Positions 1 to 9,418 of a DNA stretch of 54,581 nucleotides are shown piece after piece. The DNA is from Candidatus Paceibacter sp. (GTDB lineage Bacteria > Patescibacteriota > Minisyncoccia > UBA6257 > JAGOQP01). The stretch covers positions 1 to 54,581 of the forward strand of contig DYGB01000005.1 of NCBI GenBank assembly GCA_020724905.1, read 5' to 3'. The translations under genes were made by a program, and so were the position numbers. The notes beneath the pieces were generated by a model. That model was not told the DNA's origin. It did no database searches and saw nothing but the letters and a program-made list of their open reading frames with translations. Each line of letters starts with the position of its first letter. Position 1 is the first letter of the stretch.

Positions 1-84
1 GGAATTGAGCTTCGCTCACCGATTGATATGGTTCCAAGGTCTTGAACTTATTACACCCCTGTGTAGAGGGGTTGATGAGGGAAG

Positions 85-1113
85 TTATTTAGCAGCTTCT
101 TCTTTTTGTTTTTCTTTTATAACCTTGAGAACTTCCTTTTCTATTTCCTTGAGAAGTTTTGAGTCATCTTCAAGTGTTTTTCGGGAAGCTTCTTGTCCTA
201 CCCCTATCTTTGTATCTCCAAAAGAAAATGTATTTCCAGATCGCTTCACAACTCCTTGTTTCAAAGCAACATTGAGAACATCTCCTTCATATGAGATTCC
301 TTTCCCATACATAATATCAAACTCAGTGAGTTTAAATGGGGGAGCTACTTTGTTTTTAGCTACCTTTGCCTTTGTCCTACTCCCAATGATTTCATCTCCT
401 TTCTTTATCTGAGCAATTCTTCGTATATCGATACGAACCGAGGCGTAGAATTTAAGAGCACGTCCCCCCGATGTTGTTTCAGGATTACCCCAGGTCATCG
501 TACCAATCTGTGAACGAATCTGGTTGATAAAGATAATGGTGGTATTTGATTTTGATGCAAGGGCTGCAAGTTTTCGGAGTGCCTGAGACATGAGTCGAGC
601 TTGGAGTCCAATTTGTTGATCACCAATCTCACCTTCAATCTCTGCTCGAGGAGTAAGGGCAGCAACAGAATCAACAACAGCAACATCGATAAGGCTTGAG
701 CGCACAAGGTTTTCAAGAATTTGAAGCGCTTCTTCTCCACTATTTGGTTGAGAGATAAGAAGTTCTTGTATTTTTACACCAATCTTGTGTGCATATTCAG
801 GATCAAGTGCATGTTCAGCATCGATAAAAGCACACTTTCCTCCTCTCTTTTGGGATTGAGCAATGACAGAAAGTGCGAGTGTTGTTTTTCCAGATGATTC
901 TGGACCATAGATTTCAATAATACGTCCTCGAGGAACACCACCAACACCAAGGGCCATATCAAGAGAAAATGAACCAGTTGGAATAGCTTCAACGTGGGCT
1001 ATCTTTTGTTGCCCTAACTTCATAATTGATCCGTCTCCAAATTTACTCTGGAGTTCTTCTATAAGTGAATCAAGATCACTTTTTTGGGTAGGTGTTTTCT
1101 TTGGTTTTTTCAT
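85..1113 (-). CDS. recA: Recombinase A
   Basis: GPESSGKTT Walker [34 protein letters not shown] motifs. Confidence 0.99.
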   Translation of the reverse strand: MKKPKKTPTQKSDLDSLIEELQSKFGDGSIMKLGQQKIAHVEAIPTGSFSLDMALGVGGVPRGRIIEIYGPESSGKTTLALSVIAQSQKRGGKCAFIDAEHALDPEYAHKIGVKIQELLISQPNSGEEALQILENLVRSSLIDVAVVDSVAALTPRAEIEGEIGDQQIGLQARLMSQALRKLAALASKSNTTIIFINQIRSQIGTMTWGNPETTSGGRALKFYASVRIDIRRIAQIKKGDEIIGSRTKAKVAKNKVAPPFKLTEFDIMYGKGISYEGDVLNVALKQGVVKRSGNTFSFGDTKIGVGQEASRKTLEDDSKLLKEIEKEVLKVIKEKQKEEAAK

Positions 1114-1171
1114 ACAAAAAGAATCTTACTATACCTGTAGTGTAGCATGTTTTATTACCCTGCGCACTTAG

Positions 1172-1906
1172 TTAAAACGTAGGGATATCTTCAAGAGAGG
1201 AAGATGGTTGAGGGGTCTGCTGGCTAGGAGAAGGACTTGGAGAAGGAAGAGGAGAGGTACTTGTTGCCTGTGAGGAAAGAAAAATAGTTCGGGTAATTGT
1301 GGTTGTATTTCCCAAAAAGCGCGTAACAGAAATGTTAAATGTATTTGCTCCCTCTGAGAGAGGAACTTCCATACGAAATGATCCATCTTCTTGAACAGGA
1401 ATATCAGTACCATTGATTGAGATGATATCAGATGAACGTCCCGTGCTTCCTTCAATGCTATAGGTATTATCAGAAACAACAAGTGTTTCTTGTGATGGAG
1501 AGCTTACGTAGAGTGAGGGTGTTCCAAAGAAATCTGATAACTGAGGGATAATAACAAATGCAAGAATTAAAAGGACAACCCCTCCAAGGATAAGAGAAAT
1601 TCTTTTTTTATGTTCAACGGCAAATCTATTAGAAGGGAGAATGTCTTCTGCTCCTGACTGAACTACATCATGTTCACGTTTATAGTGAAGCCATAGAGAA
1701 TTAAAGTCAGTATCAAGAGCATGTGCAATTGATTTAATATATCCTCGAATATAGGGACGAGGAGGGAGTTCATCGAGGTTATCGTCAATCAGCGCTTGAA
1801 TATATTTGTGTGATACAGCAGTGCTGTCAGCAAGTTTCTGTATCGACATATTCTTTGACCTGATAAGATCGTGAAGATGTTGTCCAAATGGCTTTAATTC
1901 ATTCAT
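1172..1906 (-). CDS. RodZ-like membrane protein (HTH_25, TM, Ig-like domain, Pro/Ser tail)
   Basis: N-terminal HTH with LPPRPYIRGYIKSIA (RodZ-type), one TM helix, C-terminal VPLSEGANTFNISVT Ig-like strand; downstream of ftsK. Confidence 0.75.
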   Translation of the reverse strand: MNELKPFGQHLHDLIRSKNMSIQKLADSTAVSHKYIQALIDDNLDELPPRPYIRGYIKSIAHALDTDFNSLWLHYKREHDVVQSGAEDILPSNRFAVEHKKRISLILGGVVLLILAFVIIPQLSDFFGTPSLYVSSPSQETLVVSDNTYSIEGSTGRSSDIISINGTDIPVQEDGSFRMEVPLSEGANTFNISVTRFLGNTTTITRTIFLSSQATSTSPLPSPSPSPSQQTPQPSSSLEDIPTF

Positions 1907-1918
1907 ATATATAGTCTA

Positions 1919-4051
1919 CTACTCTTCTAAGAATTTTTCATCACTTTCTTTCCCAATATACACTTCACGAGGTTTTGAGCCTTCTCCTGGTCCAATATGA
2001 CCCTTATTTTCGAGAAGATCAAGGAGACGTGCTGCGCGAGCATATCCTATCTTCAAATGTCTCTGAAGGAATGTTGCAGAAGCCTTGCCCGTCTCTCGTA
2101 CAAGTTCGGTTGCCTCTGGGAGAAGATCATCTTCTTCTGTACTTTCTTCAAATGCTTCAAACATACTATCAGAAGATTCTTCTTGAGAATCATTTCCAAA
2201 ATGTACGTCGTGATCAGGAAGCTCATTATTTTTCTTTATAAATGAGGTAATTTCTTGTATCTCTTCCTCGCTAATAAAGGCTCCTTGGAGTCGCTTTGGC
2301 TTTGAGAGCTGAGCATTCATAAAGAGAAGATCTCCACCTCCCAAAAGTTTTTCAGCACCAGCAGTATCAAGGATAGTACGTGAGTCAATTTGACTTGCTA
2401 CTTGGAGAGCGATACGAGCGGTGATGTTTGCTTTAATAAGGCCAGTAATAACTTCAACTGAAGGTCGTTGTGTTGAGAGAATAAGATGAATACCCGTTGC
2501 ACGAGCCATCTGTGCAAGGCGTACAATAGCATTTTCAATATCACGTCCATACGAAGACATAAGATCAGCCATTTCATCAACAACGATAACAATAAAAGGA
2601 AGTTTCTCCTTTGCTTTTTTATTGTAACTTTGAATATCTCGGGCACCAGCCTTCATCAGTGTTTCATACCGGCGATCCATTTCACTAATAGCCCATCTAA
2701 ATACTGCAAGAGATTTTTTTCCTTCAGTAACTACCGGAGAAATAAGATGAGGGAGTCCGTTATACGCACTGAGTTCAACACGTTTTGGATCGATAAGAAT
2801 GAATCGAAGTGTTTCAGGGGAATTCTTGTACAACAGTGAGATTAATACAGAGTGAAGGGTAATTGATTTCCCCGATCCTGTTGCTCCGGCGATAAGAAGG
2901 TGAGGCATCTTTTCTATATTTGCAAAGAGAGGCTCCCCAGTGACGTCTCGTCCAAGACAGAATCCAAGGGGTCCTGATGAACTAAACTCTGGATATGAGA
3001 TAAGATTTCCAAGTCTCACTACAGCAGCTTTTTTGTTTGGCACTTCTATTCCTACGTATGGTTTTCCAGGGATAGGGGCTTCAATACGGATAGGGTGTGC
3101 AGACAGTGCGAGCGCAAGATCCTGGTTAAGTGCAATGATACGAGAAAGTTTTATTCCTTCTGCGGGACGAAGGGTAAAGCGAGTTACCTTTGGCCCAATG
3201 TTAATCTCTCCCATATCAACAGGAATTCCAAAACTCTCAAGTGTCCTTTTTATAATATTTGATTGTGCGCGTAAATCTCCTGCTGCAGGTTTTTCTGCTG
3301 ATGAGGTAAGAATGTTAAGAGGAGGAGGGGTATAGTTGGCAAAAGAAAAATGAGGAATCTTTGAAGGAGGAGTAAAGACCTCTTCTCGTTCTTGTATCTG
3401 GAGCTCTTCTTCTTTTTTAACTTCTTTTTTCACAGGAGCCTTTTCTTCTGTCTCGGTGGAATCCTTTTGAGCTGCAGCAATATAGGTTTCTTCTTTTTTG
3501 TTGAGGGTTGAAGGGGAAGGTATCTCTTCTTTCTTTGATGAAGAGAAGAAAGATATAACTGCTCGAAGGAAGGAAGAAAAAGAAGTAACAGAGGTGTCAA
3601 AAGCGATAACAGCTCCAATAATCATTGCAAAGAAAAGAATGATACCAGAGGCAAGAGATCCAAACCAATGATCGATATATCCTACGCCTCGTCCAATAAT
3701 TCCTCCAGCGTTATAGGAGAGTACATCAATAAACCCAAGACCAGAGAGAAAGAAAACAACACTTCCAAGGATAATTGGTCCAGAGAGTGTTTTTTCTTCT
3801 TTGCTAGTAAGAAGGAGTATAGCGATACTAAGAAATACAATTGGAAGCAGAAGGTATCCCCACCCAAAGAGGGTTGAGAGAAATGAAAAGAGTCCTTCTC
3901 CAGCACTTCCTGCCTTATCGATACTTGCGAGCCCAAGGATGAGCGCAATCACAATAAAAAAGAGTGCCCAAATACTTCGTTTTGTTTCTGATGAAAGTGA
4001 TAATGAGGGACGGTATGTCTTTAATCGTCCTATTTTCTTTTTACGAGCCAT
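1919..4051 (-). CDS. ftsK: DNA translocase FtsK/SpoIIIE
   Basis: N-terminal TM helices, PHLLIAGATGSGKS, IDPKRVEL, TQRPSV, gamma domain LQRHLKIGYARAARLLD; start moved to MARKK at 4051. Confidence 0.97.
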   Translation of the reverse strand: MARKKKIGRLKTYRPSLSLSSETKRSIWALFFIVIALILGLASIDKAGSAGEGLFSFLSTLFGWGYLLLPIVFLSIAILLLTSKEEKTLSGPIILGSVVFFLSGLGFIDVLSYNAGGIIGRGVGYIDHWFGSLASGIILFFAMIIGAVIAFDTSVTSFSSFLRAVISFFSSSKKEEIPSPSTLNKKEETYIAAAQKDSTETEEKAPVKKEVKKEEELQIQEREEVFTPPSKIPHFSFANYTPPPLNILTSSAEKPAAGDLRAQSNIIKRTLESFGIPVDMGEINIGPKVTRFTLRPAEGIKLSRIIALNQDLALALSAHPIRIEAPIPGKPYVGIEVPNKKAAVVRLGNLISYPEFSSSGPLGFCLGRDVTGEPLFANIEKMPHLLIAGATGSGKSITLHSVLISLLYKNSPETLRFILIDPKRVELSAYNGLPHLISPVVTEGKKSLAVFRWAISEMDRRYETLMKAGARDIQSYNKKAKEKLPFIVIVVDEMADLMSSYGRDIENAIVRLAQMARATGIHLILSTQRPSVEVITGLIKANITARIALQVASQIDSRTILDTAGAEKLLGGGDLLFMNAQLSKPKRLQGAFISEEEIQEITSFIKKNNELPDHDVHFGNDSQEESSDSMFEAFEESTEEDDLLPEATELVRETGKASATFLQRHLKIGYARAARLLDLLENKGHIGPGEGSKPREVYIGKESDEKFLEE

Positions 4052-4129
4052 ATGCACTATCTTAGCACCTTCTTTTCTTTGGAAAAAGGTTTTGACAAAT
4101 ATGTTTTTGAAGTGGTATGGTTCCCTCAC

Positions 4130-4612
4130 ATGAGTAGTGAGACACAATTCATACAAGCAGACGGAACGTCTATTCCTCTCAAGGCGGTACTTCAGGAGGT
4201 ATCTCAGTTTATGAGAGAGAAAAAGGATGCTCATTACAAGATTATTGTTGGATCTGATTCACTAGGAACGCTTGGACGACACAGTGATTTTGTTACCGCG
4301 ATTGTCGTGCAACGGGTAGGGAATGGAGGACGCTATTTTTGGAGACGAGTAGGTAGGCAAGAGGTCTTTGGACTTCGAGATCGTATTATAAAGGAGGTAC
4401 TCCTGTCTCTTGAAGTAGCCCAACAACTTACCGCACTTCTTTTAGAGATGAAAGAAACCTGTACGGTGGAGGTACATGTTGATGTAGGAACAGAAGGAAA
4501 GACAAATCCTTTAATCAAAGAAGTGGTAGGAATGATTCAAGGATATAACTTTTTGTACAAAACAAAACCAGATAGTTATGCAGCAAGTAGTGTTGCTGAC
4601 AGACATATATAA
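4130..4612 (+). CDS. RNase H-like YkuK/DUF458 family protein
   Basis: IIVGSDS, EVHVDVG, KPDSYAASSVADRH motifs; TTGACA promoter upstream. Confidence 0.8.
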   Translation: MSSETQFIQADGTSIPLKAVLQEVSQFMREKKDAHYKIIVGSDSLGTLGRHSDFVTAIVVQRVGNGGRYFWRRVGRQEVFGLRDRIIKEVLLSLEVAQQLTALLLEMKETCTVEVHVDVGTEGKTNPLIKEVVGMIQGYNFLYKTKPDSYAASSVADRHI

Positions 4613-4613
4613 T

Positions 4614-5180
4614 ATGAAAAAAGATACTATTGTTCTTGATATTGAAACAAAAAATACCTTCGTTGATGTTGGGAGGAATAATTTTAATGACCTACAGATA
4701 TCACTTGTTGGTGTCTATTCATATAACACTGACTCATACAGGGCGTATGAAGAACATGAGCTTGCTCTTTTAGGGGAGGTACTTAAGAATTCAGAACTTC
4801 TTGTGGGATTTAGCTCAAAACGATTTGACCTTCCAGTAATGGCAAAGCACTATGACTTTGACTTATTTGCTATCCCTCATATTGACCTTCTTGAGGAAAT
4901 AGAAAAATCAGCAGGAAAGAGAATTAGTCTTGATCTACTCGCACAGGAAAATCTTGGGTACGGGAAATCAGGCCATGGGAGTGATGCACCACTTCTCTAT
5001 GAAGATGGGAAAATTGAAGAATTGAAAAAATATTGTATTCAAGATGTACGAGTTACAAAAGAACTCTATGACCTTGCAAAAAAACAGGGATTTCTTCTTG
5101 TCCCACAGAGGAATAATAAAGAGTCTATTAGAGCTACCTTTGATTGGAACGAAAAACTTCTCTACAACAGACTTTTTTGA
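4614..5180 (+). CDS. RNase H-like 3'-5' exonuclease (RNase_H_2/YprB-like)
   Basis: IVLDIET, GFSSKRFD, LKKYCIQDV DEDD-type motifs. Confidence 0.85.
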   Translation: MKKDTIVLDIETKNTFVDVGRNNFNDLQISLVGVYSYNTDSYRAYEEHELALLGEVLKNSELLVGFSSKRFDLPVMAKHYDFDLFAIPHIDLLEEIEKSAGKRISLDLLAQENLGYGKSGHGSDAPLLYEDGKIEELKKYCIQDVRVTKELYDLAKKQGFLLVPQRNNKESIRATFDWNEKLLYNRLF

Positions 5181-5195
5181 TACACTTATACACAT

Positions 5196-6473
5196 ATGAA
5201 CAAGAAGTTTTCAGATACAGCCTCCTTTACTCTGGTTGAGTTGCTCGTTGTCATCGGTATTCTTGCCATCCTTACCGCTACCGTTGTTATTATATTAAAT
5301 CCCGCAGAACTTCTTAGGCAAGCCAGAGACTCTAACAGAATGACTGATCTTGCCACCATCGACAAAGCAATCTCTCTTCTTCTCACCCAACAACCAGATA
5401 CTAATCTGGGAACAGCTCAGACTGTGTACGTGTCACTTCCTGACACCTCTTCGACCTGTACTAGTCATACTCTTCCCTCACTTCCCGCAGGATATCAATA
5501 CAATTGTGTCACCGAAGCAAATCTTCAAAATATCAATGGAACAGGTTGGATTCCTGTGGATTTTACCACCACCCCCATCCAATCCCTTCCGGTTCTTCCT
5601 GTTGATCCTAACAATACTGCCACCAACTACTACACCTACACCATGGGAGGTTCGTGGCATCTCCTTACTCTCTTAGAATCAAACAAACACCGTGTTGATG
5701 CAGCAACTGATGGAGGACTCTCCCCAGCTGCCTATGAAACAGGTTCAAATCTCACTCTCTATCCTCCGACCTTCCCCGCATACTGGATCAGAGTCCCTGG
5801 AAGCTCTACCCATGGAACCTCAGACTTTTACGTTATGCAGTATGAAGCAAAGAATGTATCAGGTGTTCCTACTTCTCAACCTTCCCTTACCCCCTGGGTC
5901 TCTATTTCTCAAACCAATGCTATCGCTGAGTGTCAATCCATTGATGCAGATCTTATCACCAACGCTCAATGGCAAACCATCGCATACGACATTCAACAAC
6001 AACCACAAAACTGGTCAGGAGGATCAGTGGGATCAGGCTCTATTCACCGAGGAAACTCAAATACTTCAGCAGCTATGGATGGAACAGACCCTCTCTCAGG
6101 AGTCAACAAGAGAACACACGTCCTTTCCACTGGAGCTGAGATATGGGATATTGCAGGAAATGTATGGGATTGGAACAAAGACACCATTATTGGAACTGAC
6201 AAACCAGTGGGAGGAGGAGCTGCCTGGGTTGAATGGACTACTGTCCTTGATTACGGCTCATTAGATGAAGAAGATGTAAAACCATTTAATACTTCATGGA
6301 ATTCCTCTCAAGGAATTGGTCGTTATTACCAAGGAACTGCAGATGGTACTACGTATGCCTTTCTACGCGGCGGGGGTTGGGCCGATGGCACGGTTGCGGG
6401 GGTTGAGGCGTTGGCTCTGGCCCATATTCCTTCCAGCACGTACAGCTACATTGGGTTCCGTTGTGCCCGGTAG
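5196..6473 (+). CDS. DGR target: type IV pilin-like N-terminus plus FGE-sulfatase/C-type lectin-fold domain with C-terminal variable region
   Basis: S|FTLVELLVVIGILAIL prepilin motif; DIAGNVWDW, LRGG.W and IGFRCAR CLec motifs; VR at 3' end. Confidence 0.93.
   Translation: MNKKFSDTASFTLVELLVVIGILAILTATVVIILNPAELLRQARDSNRMTDLATIDKAISLLLTQQPDTNLGTAQTVYVSLPDTSSTCTSHTLPSLPAGYQYNCVTEANLQNINGTGWIPVDFTTTPIQSLPVLPVDPNNTATNYYTYTMGGSWHLLTLLESNKHRVDAATDGGLSPAAYETGSNLTLYPPTFPAYWIRVPGSSTHGTSDFYVMQYEAKNVSGVPTSQPSLTPWVSISQTNAIAECQSIDADLITNAQWQTIAYDIQQQPQNWSGGSVGSGSIHRGNSNTSAAMDGTDPLSGVNKRTHVLSTGAEIWDIAGNVWDWNKDTIIGTDKPVGGGAAWVEWTTVLDYGSLDEEDVKPFNTSWNSSQGIGRYYQGTADGTTYAFLRGGGWADGTVAGVEALALAHIPSSTYSYIGFRCAR
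6357..6472 (+). repeat. DGR variable repeat (VR)
   Basis: 116-bp ungapped match to 6928-7043 with 18 mismatches, all opposite TR adenines. Confidence 0.97.
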
Positions 6474-6516
6474 ACCCGTAGCAATCTAGTTATCTAATAA
6501 TCTTCAAACAATCGAT

Positions 6517-6897
6517 ATGTCTATAAAAGATCTGGTATTATTTCAAAAAACGTATGAGTATTTTTTGTGGATCTTCCCACTCATCAATAAATTTCCTAAA
6601 AATCAACGATTTGTACTCGGACAAGAAATGGAAAGAGAAATTCTTTCTCTTATAAAACTGATCCACTATTTTCAAAAAACATCTGAGAAAAGACAATATA
6701 TTCTTGAACGTATTTCACTTCACATCGACATGATGGCAATTCACATTCGTTTAGCAAAAGATCTTCATTTTATCTCAATACGACACTATGGAATGGGATG
6801 TGACAAAATCAATGAACTGGGACGATTGGTGACAGGATTGAAAAAATATATACATACTTCTCATACCTCAAAAACAAAGGAACAAGTAATGGTGTGA
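6517..6897 (+). CDS. avd: DGR accessory variability determinant (Avd, four-helix bundle)
   Basis: 126 aa basic protein with FPKNQRFVLG, IRLAKDL, INELGRLVTG; lies between target and TR. Confidence 0.9.
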   Translation: MSIKDLVLFQKTYEYFLWIFPLINKFPKNQRFVLGQEMEREILSLIKLIHYFQKTSEKRQYILERISLHIDMMAIHIRLAKDLHFISIRHYGMGCDKINELGRLVTGLKKYIHTSHTSKTKEQVMV

Positions 6898-6927
6898 GAA
6901 GTAGTATGAATCGTCTATAAAGCGGAA

Positions 6928-7043
6928 GCCTTTCTACGCGGCGGGAATTGGAACAATGGCACGAATGCAGGAGTTGAGACGTTGAATCTGAACAATATTC
7001 CTTCCAACACGAACAGCAACATTGGGTTCCGTTGTGCCCGGTA
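6928..7043 (+). repeat. DGR template repeat (TR)
   Basis: Ten AAC/AAT codons (reads FLRGGNWNNGTNAGVETLNLNNIPSNTNSNIGFRCAR); lies between avd and RT. Confidence 0.97.
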
Positions 7044-7232
7044 TACATATAGGGAAAAAGTTTGTGGCCCGAATATGAAAAATATATTTTTTTATATCTG
7101 CGCCATCATGTCTACTGATTCATATTATCCCCCCACAAAGAGGGGAACACCGTGCGTGAATACTGTATATGCCATGTGTATACACAGCCCTCCCACACAG
7201 GTGTTGTGTGGGAGGAAAACACGCTATTTTCT

Positions 7233-8267
7233 ATGGGAATGTATGAGGACATTTATGCATTTGAAAATATCTATACTGCGTACCAGAAGGCACGAAAAGG
7301 AAGAAGGTACAAGAAAGATATTGTGCTATTTGAAAGACATCTTGAGTCACAGTTAAGTAAAATTTCTTTTGTATTAAGAAAAGAACGATATCGTCACGGT
7401 TCATATCGAGAATTTATTGTAAATGATTCGAAAAAGAGGACGATAAGTGCAACATCGTTTCAAGATCGTATTGTACACCATGCAGTATATGCATATATAG
7501 AACCTCTCTTTGAAAAACAATTTATTTATGATTCGTATGTGTGTAGAAAGGGAAAGGGATCTCATCGTGCAGTGAAACGATTAAGACGACACATGTATGG
7601 AGTCAGTGGTGGATATAGAAAAGAGGCATGGTATTTAAAAATGGACGTTGCACAGTATTTCAAAAGCATTGATCATAGAATTCTCAAAGAATTAATATGG
7701 TGTACTATCCATGACTCTCGTACGTTAAAACTTCTTTCTATCATTATTAATAGTCGATGGGATAGAGAGTATAAAGGAAGAAAAACAGGCATTCCGATAG
7801 GAAATCTTACCAGTCAATTATTTGCAAATATATATCTCAATCCCCTTGATCACTATATAAAAGAACAATTGAAGTGTAGATACTATGTACGATATATGGA
7901 TGATATTGTTATTTGTCATTCCGACAGGGCATTTCTTCAAATAGTACACAAAGAAATAGAACGGTATGCAGAAAATACACTTCGTCTCACATTCCATCCT
8001 AATAAAGTTATAATAAAACCAATCCATAAAGGGGTTCCCTTTCTTGGATATATTCTCTATCCACACTACACACGGTTAAGACAATCAACAGTAAAAAGAT
8101 GTAAGTTGAGAATTAAAAAATACAACAAAAGAAACAGTTCCCCAAAAACAATGGAGAGCTCATATATGGCATGGAAAGGGTATGCTTCATATGCAAATGC
8201 ATGGAGAAAAACAGAAATACTATGGAGGCATGTTTACTCATCTAAGTCGGTAACATATAGTAAAACT
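7233..8267 (+). CDS. DGR reverse transcriptase (no stop codon; continues in frame into iscS, whole ORF ends 9404)
   Basis: FQDRIVHHA, CRKGKGSH, LKMDVAQYF, GIPIGNLTSQLFANIYL, YVRYMDD, FLGY motifs. Confidence 0.95.
8233..8261 (+). promoter_or_regulatory. Putative internal sigma70 promoter for near-leaderless iscS
   Basis: TTTACT-17 bp-TATAGT, then 6 bp to ATG 8268. Confidence 0.5.
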
Positions 8268-9404
8268 ATGAAACAAATATATTTGGATTATGCTGCTACA
8301 ACACCTCCTTCCAAGAGAGTGGTGCAAAGCATGAAAAAAGCACTATCTATATGGGGGAATCCTTCATCCCTTCATCACTATGGACAGGAAGCTTTTAACC
8401 TTCTTGAGAAATCTCGTAGTGCAATTGCAACATCCTTAGGGGTAGAAGAAAATAATGTCATCTTTTGCTCTTCAGCAACTGAATGTTCAAACCTCTATCT
8501 ACGGTCTATAGCACAAGAATATAAAAAGGAAAAAGGACATATTCCTCATATTGTTATCTCAGATCTTGAACATGCTGGGGTATATGAAACTGCTTACGCA
8601 CTTGAAAAAGAGGGGAAGGTAACACTGTCTCTTGTTTCTTCTCATAATGGGAGAGTGCGCCTTGAGGATGTGGATCGTGCTCTTACTCCACATACTGCAT
8701 TAGTTGCAGTGATTGCGGTTCAAAATGAAATTGGAACAGTGCAACCATACAATGAGATAGCCGAAATGATTCAAAAGAAGCGAGGGGAAGGTAGGTTTCC
8801 TCTTTTTTATACGGATGCAGTACAGGCGATAGGGCTTGGGGATCTAAAAAATATAGCCGCTGATGCATATTCTTTTTCAGGACATAAGATATATGGTCCT
8901 AAAGGAGTAGGAGTTTTGGTGATAAAAAATACTACTACATTGCACCCTCTCATTACAGGAGGTGGTCAAGAAAGAGGAGTGCGCTCAGGGACAGAAAACA
9001 TTCTTGCAATTGTTGGGTGCGCTCAAGCCCTCAAAGAGATAGAAGAAAAAAGAAAGCAGGCATCTATACAAACCCAATCCCTACAAACATATTTGAAAGA
9101 AAAAATAAAAAAAATAAAAGACATACATATCCTTGGAGATGAGAGTGCTCTTTCTCCACATATTTTAACAGTGTGGAGCCCAGCATTTCCTCCACACGTT
9201 GCACATGCCCTGGACAGCAAAGGGATTGCTGTATCTTCAGGGTCAGCGTGTGCTCAACGAGGACATAAAAAATCACGTATTCTTTCTTCTCTTGGGATAG
9301 GAGAGGAAGAAACTACAAAAACGATACGCATTAGTATTGGAAGAGAAACAAAAAAAGCTGATATTGACCGTCTCATCAAAACGCTTATAATACTAGTACA
9401 GTAA
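8268..9404 (+). CDS. iscS: Cysteine desulfurase (IscS/NifS family), in frame with upstream RT
   Basis: IYLDYAATTP, GNPSSLH, SGHKIYGPKG (PLP Lys), RSGTEN, SSGSAC (catalytic Cys). Confidence 0.93.
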   Translation: MKQIYLDYAATTPPSKRVVQSMKKALSIWGNPSSLHHYGQEAFNLLEKSRSAIATSLGVEENNVIFCSSATECSNLYLRSIAQEYKKEKGHIPHIVISDLEHAGVYETAYALEKEGKVTLSLVSSHNGRVRLEDVDRALTPHTALVAVIAVQNEIGTVQPYNEIAEMIQKKRGEGRFPLFYTDAVQAIGLGDLKNIAADAYSFSGHKIYGPKGVGVLVIKNTTTLHPLITGGGQERGVRSGTENILAIVGCAQALKEIEEKRKQASIQTQSLQTYLKEKIKKIKDIHILGDESALSPHILTVWSPAFPPHVAHALDSKGIAVSSGSACAQRGHKKSRILSSLGIGEEETTKTIRISIGRETKKADIDRLIKTLIILVQ

Positions 9405-9418
9405 GGTATCTTTCGTAT

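Larger units (their letters stand above)
5196..8267 (+). mobile_element. Diversity-generating retroelement (target-avd-TR-RT)
   Basis: VR/TR pair differing only at TR adenines, Avd-like gene, DGR-type RT, in canonical order. Confidence 0.97.

Noticed and set aside
4052-4234. N-terminal extensions of ftsK and the YkuK-like ORF
   Set aside because: They overlap each other and the divergent promoter region
6982-7356. 124-aa ORF over the TR
   Set aside because: Reading frame inherited from TR/VR homology; overlaps the RT; no start signals
7233-8267. RT as a group II intron or retron
   Set aside because: SQ motif, Avd and TR/VR identify a DGR; no intron domain V or retron VTG motif seen
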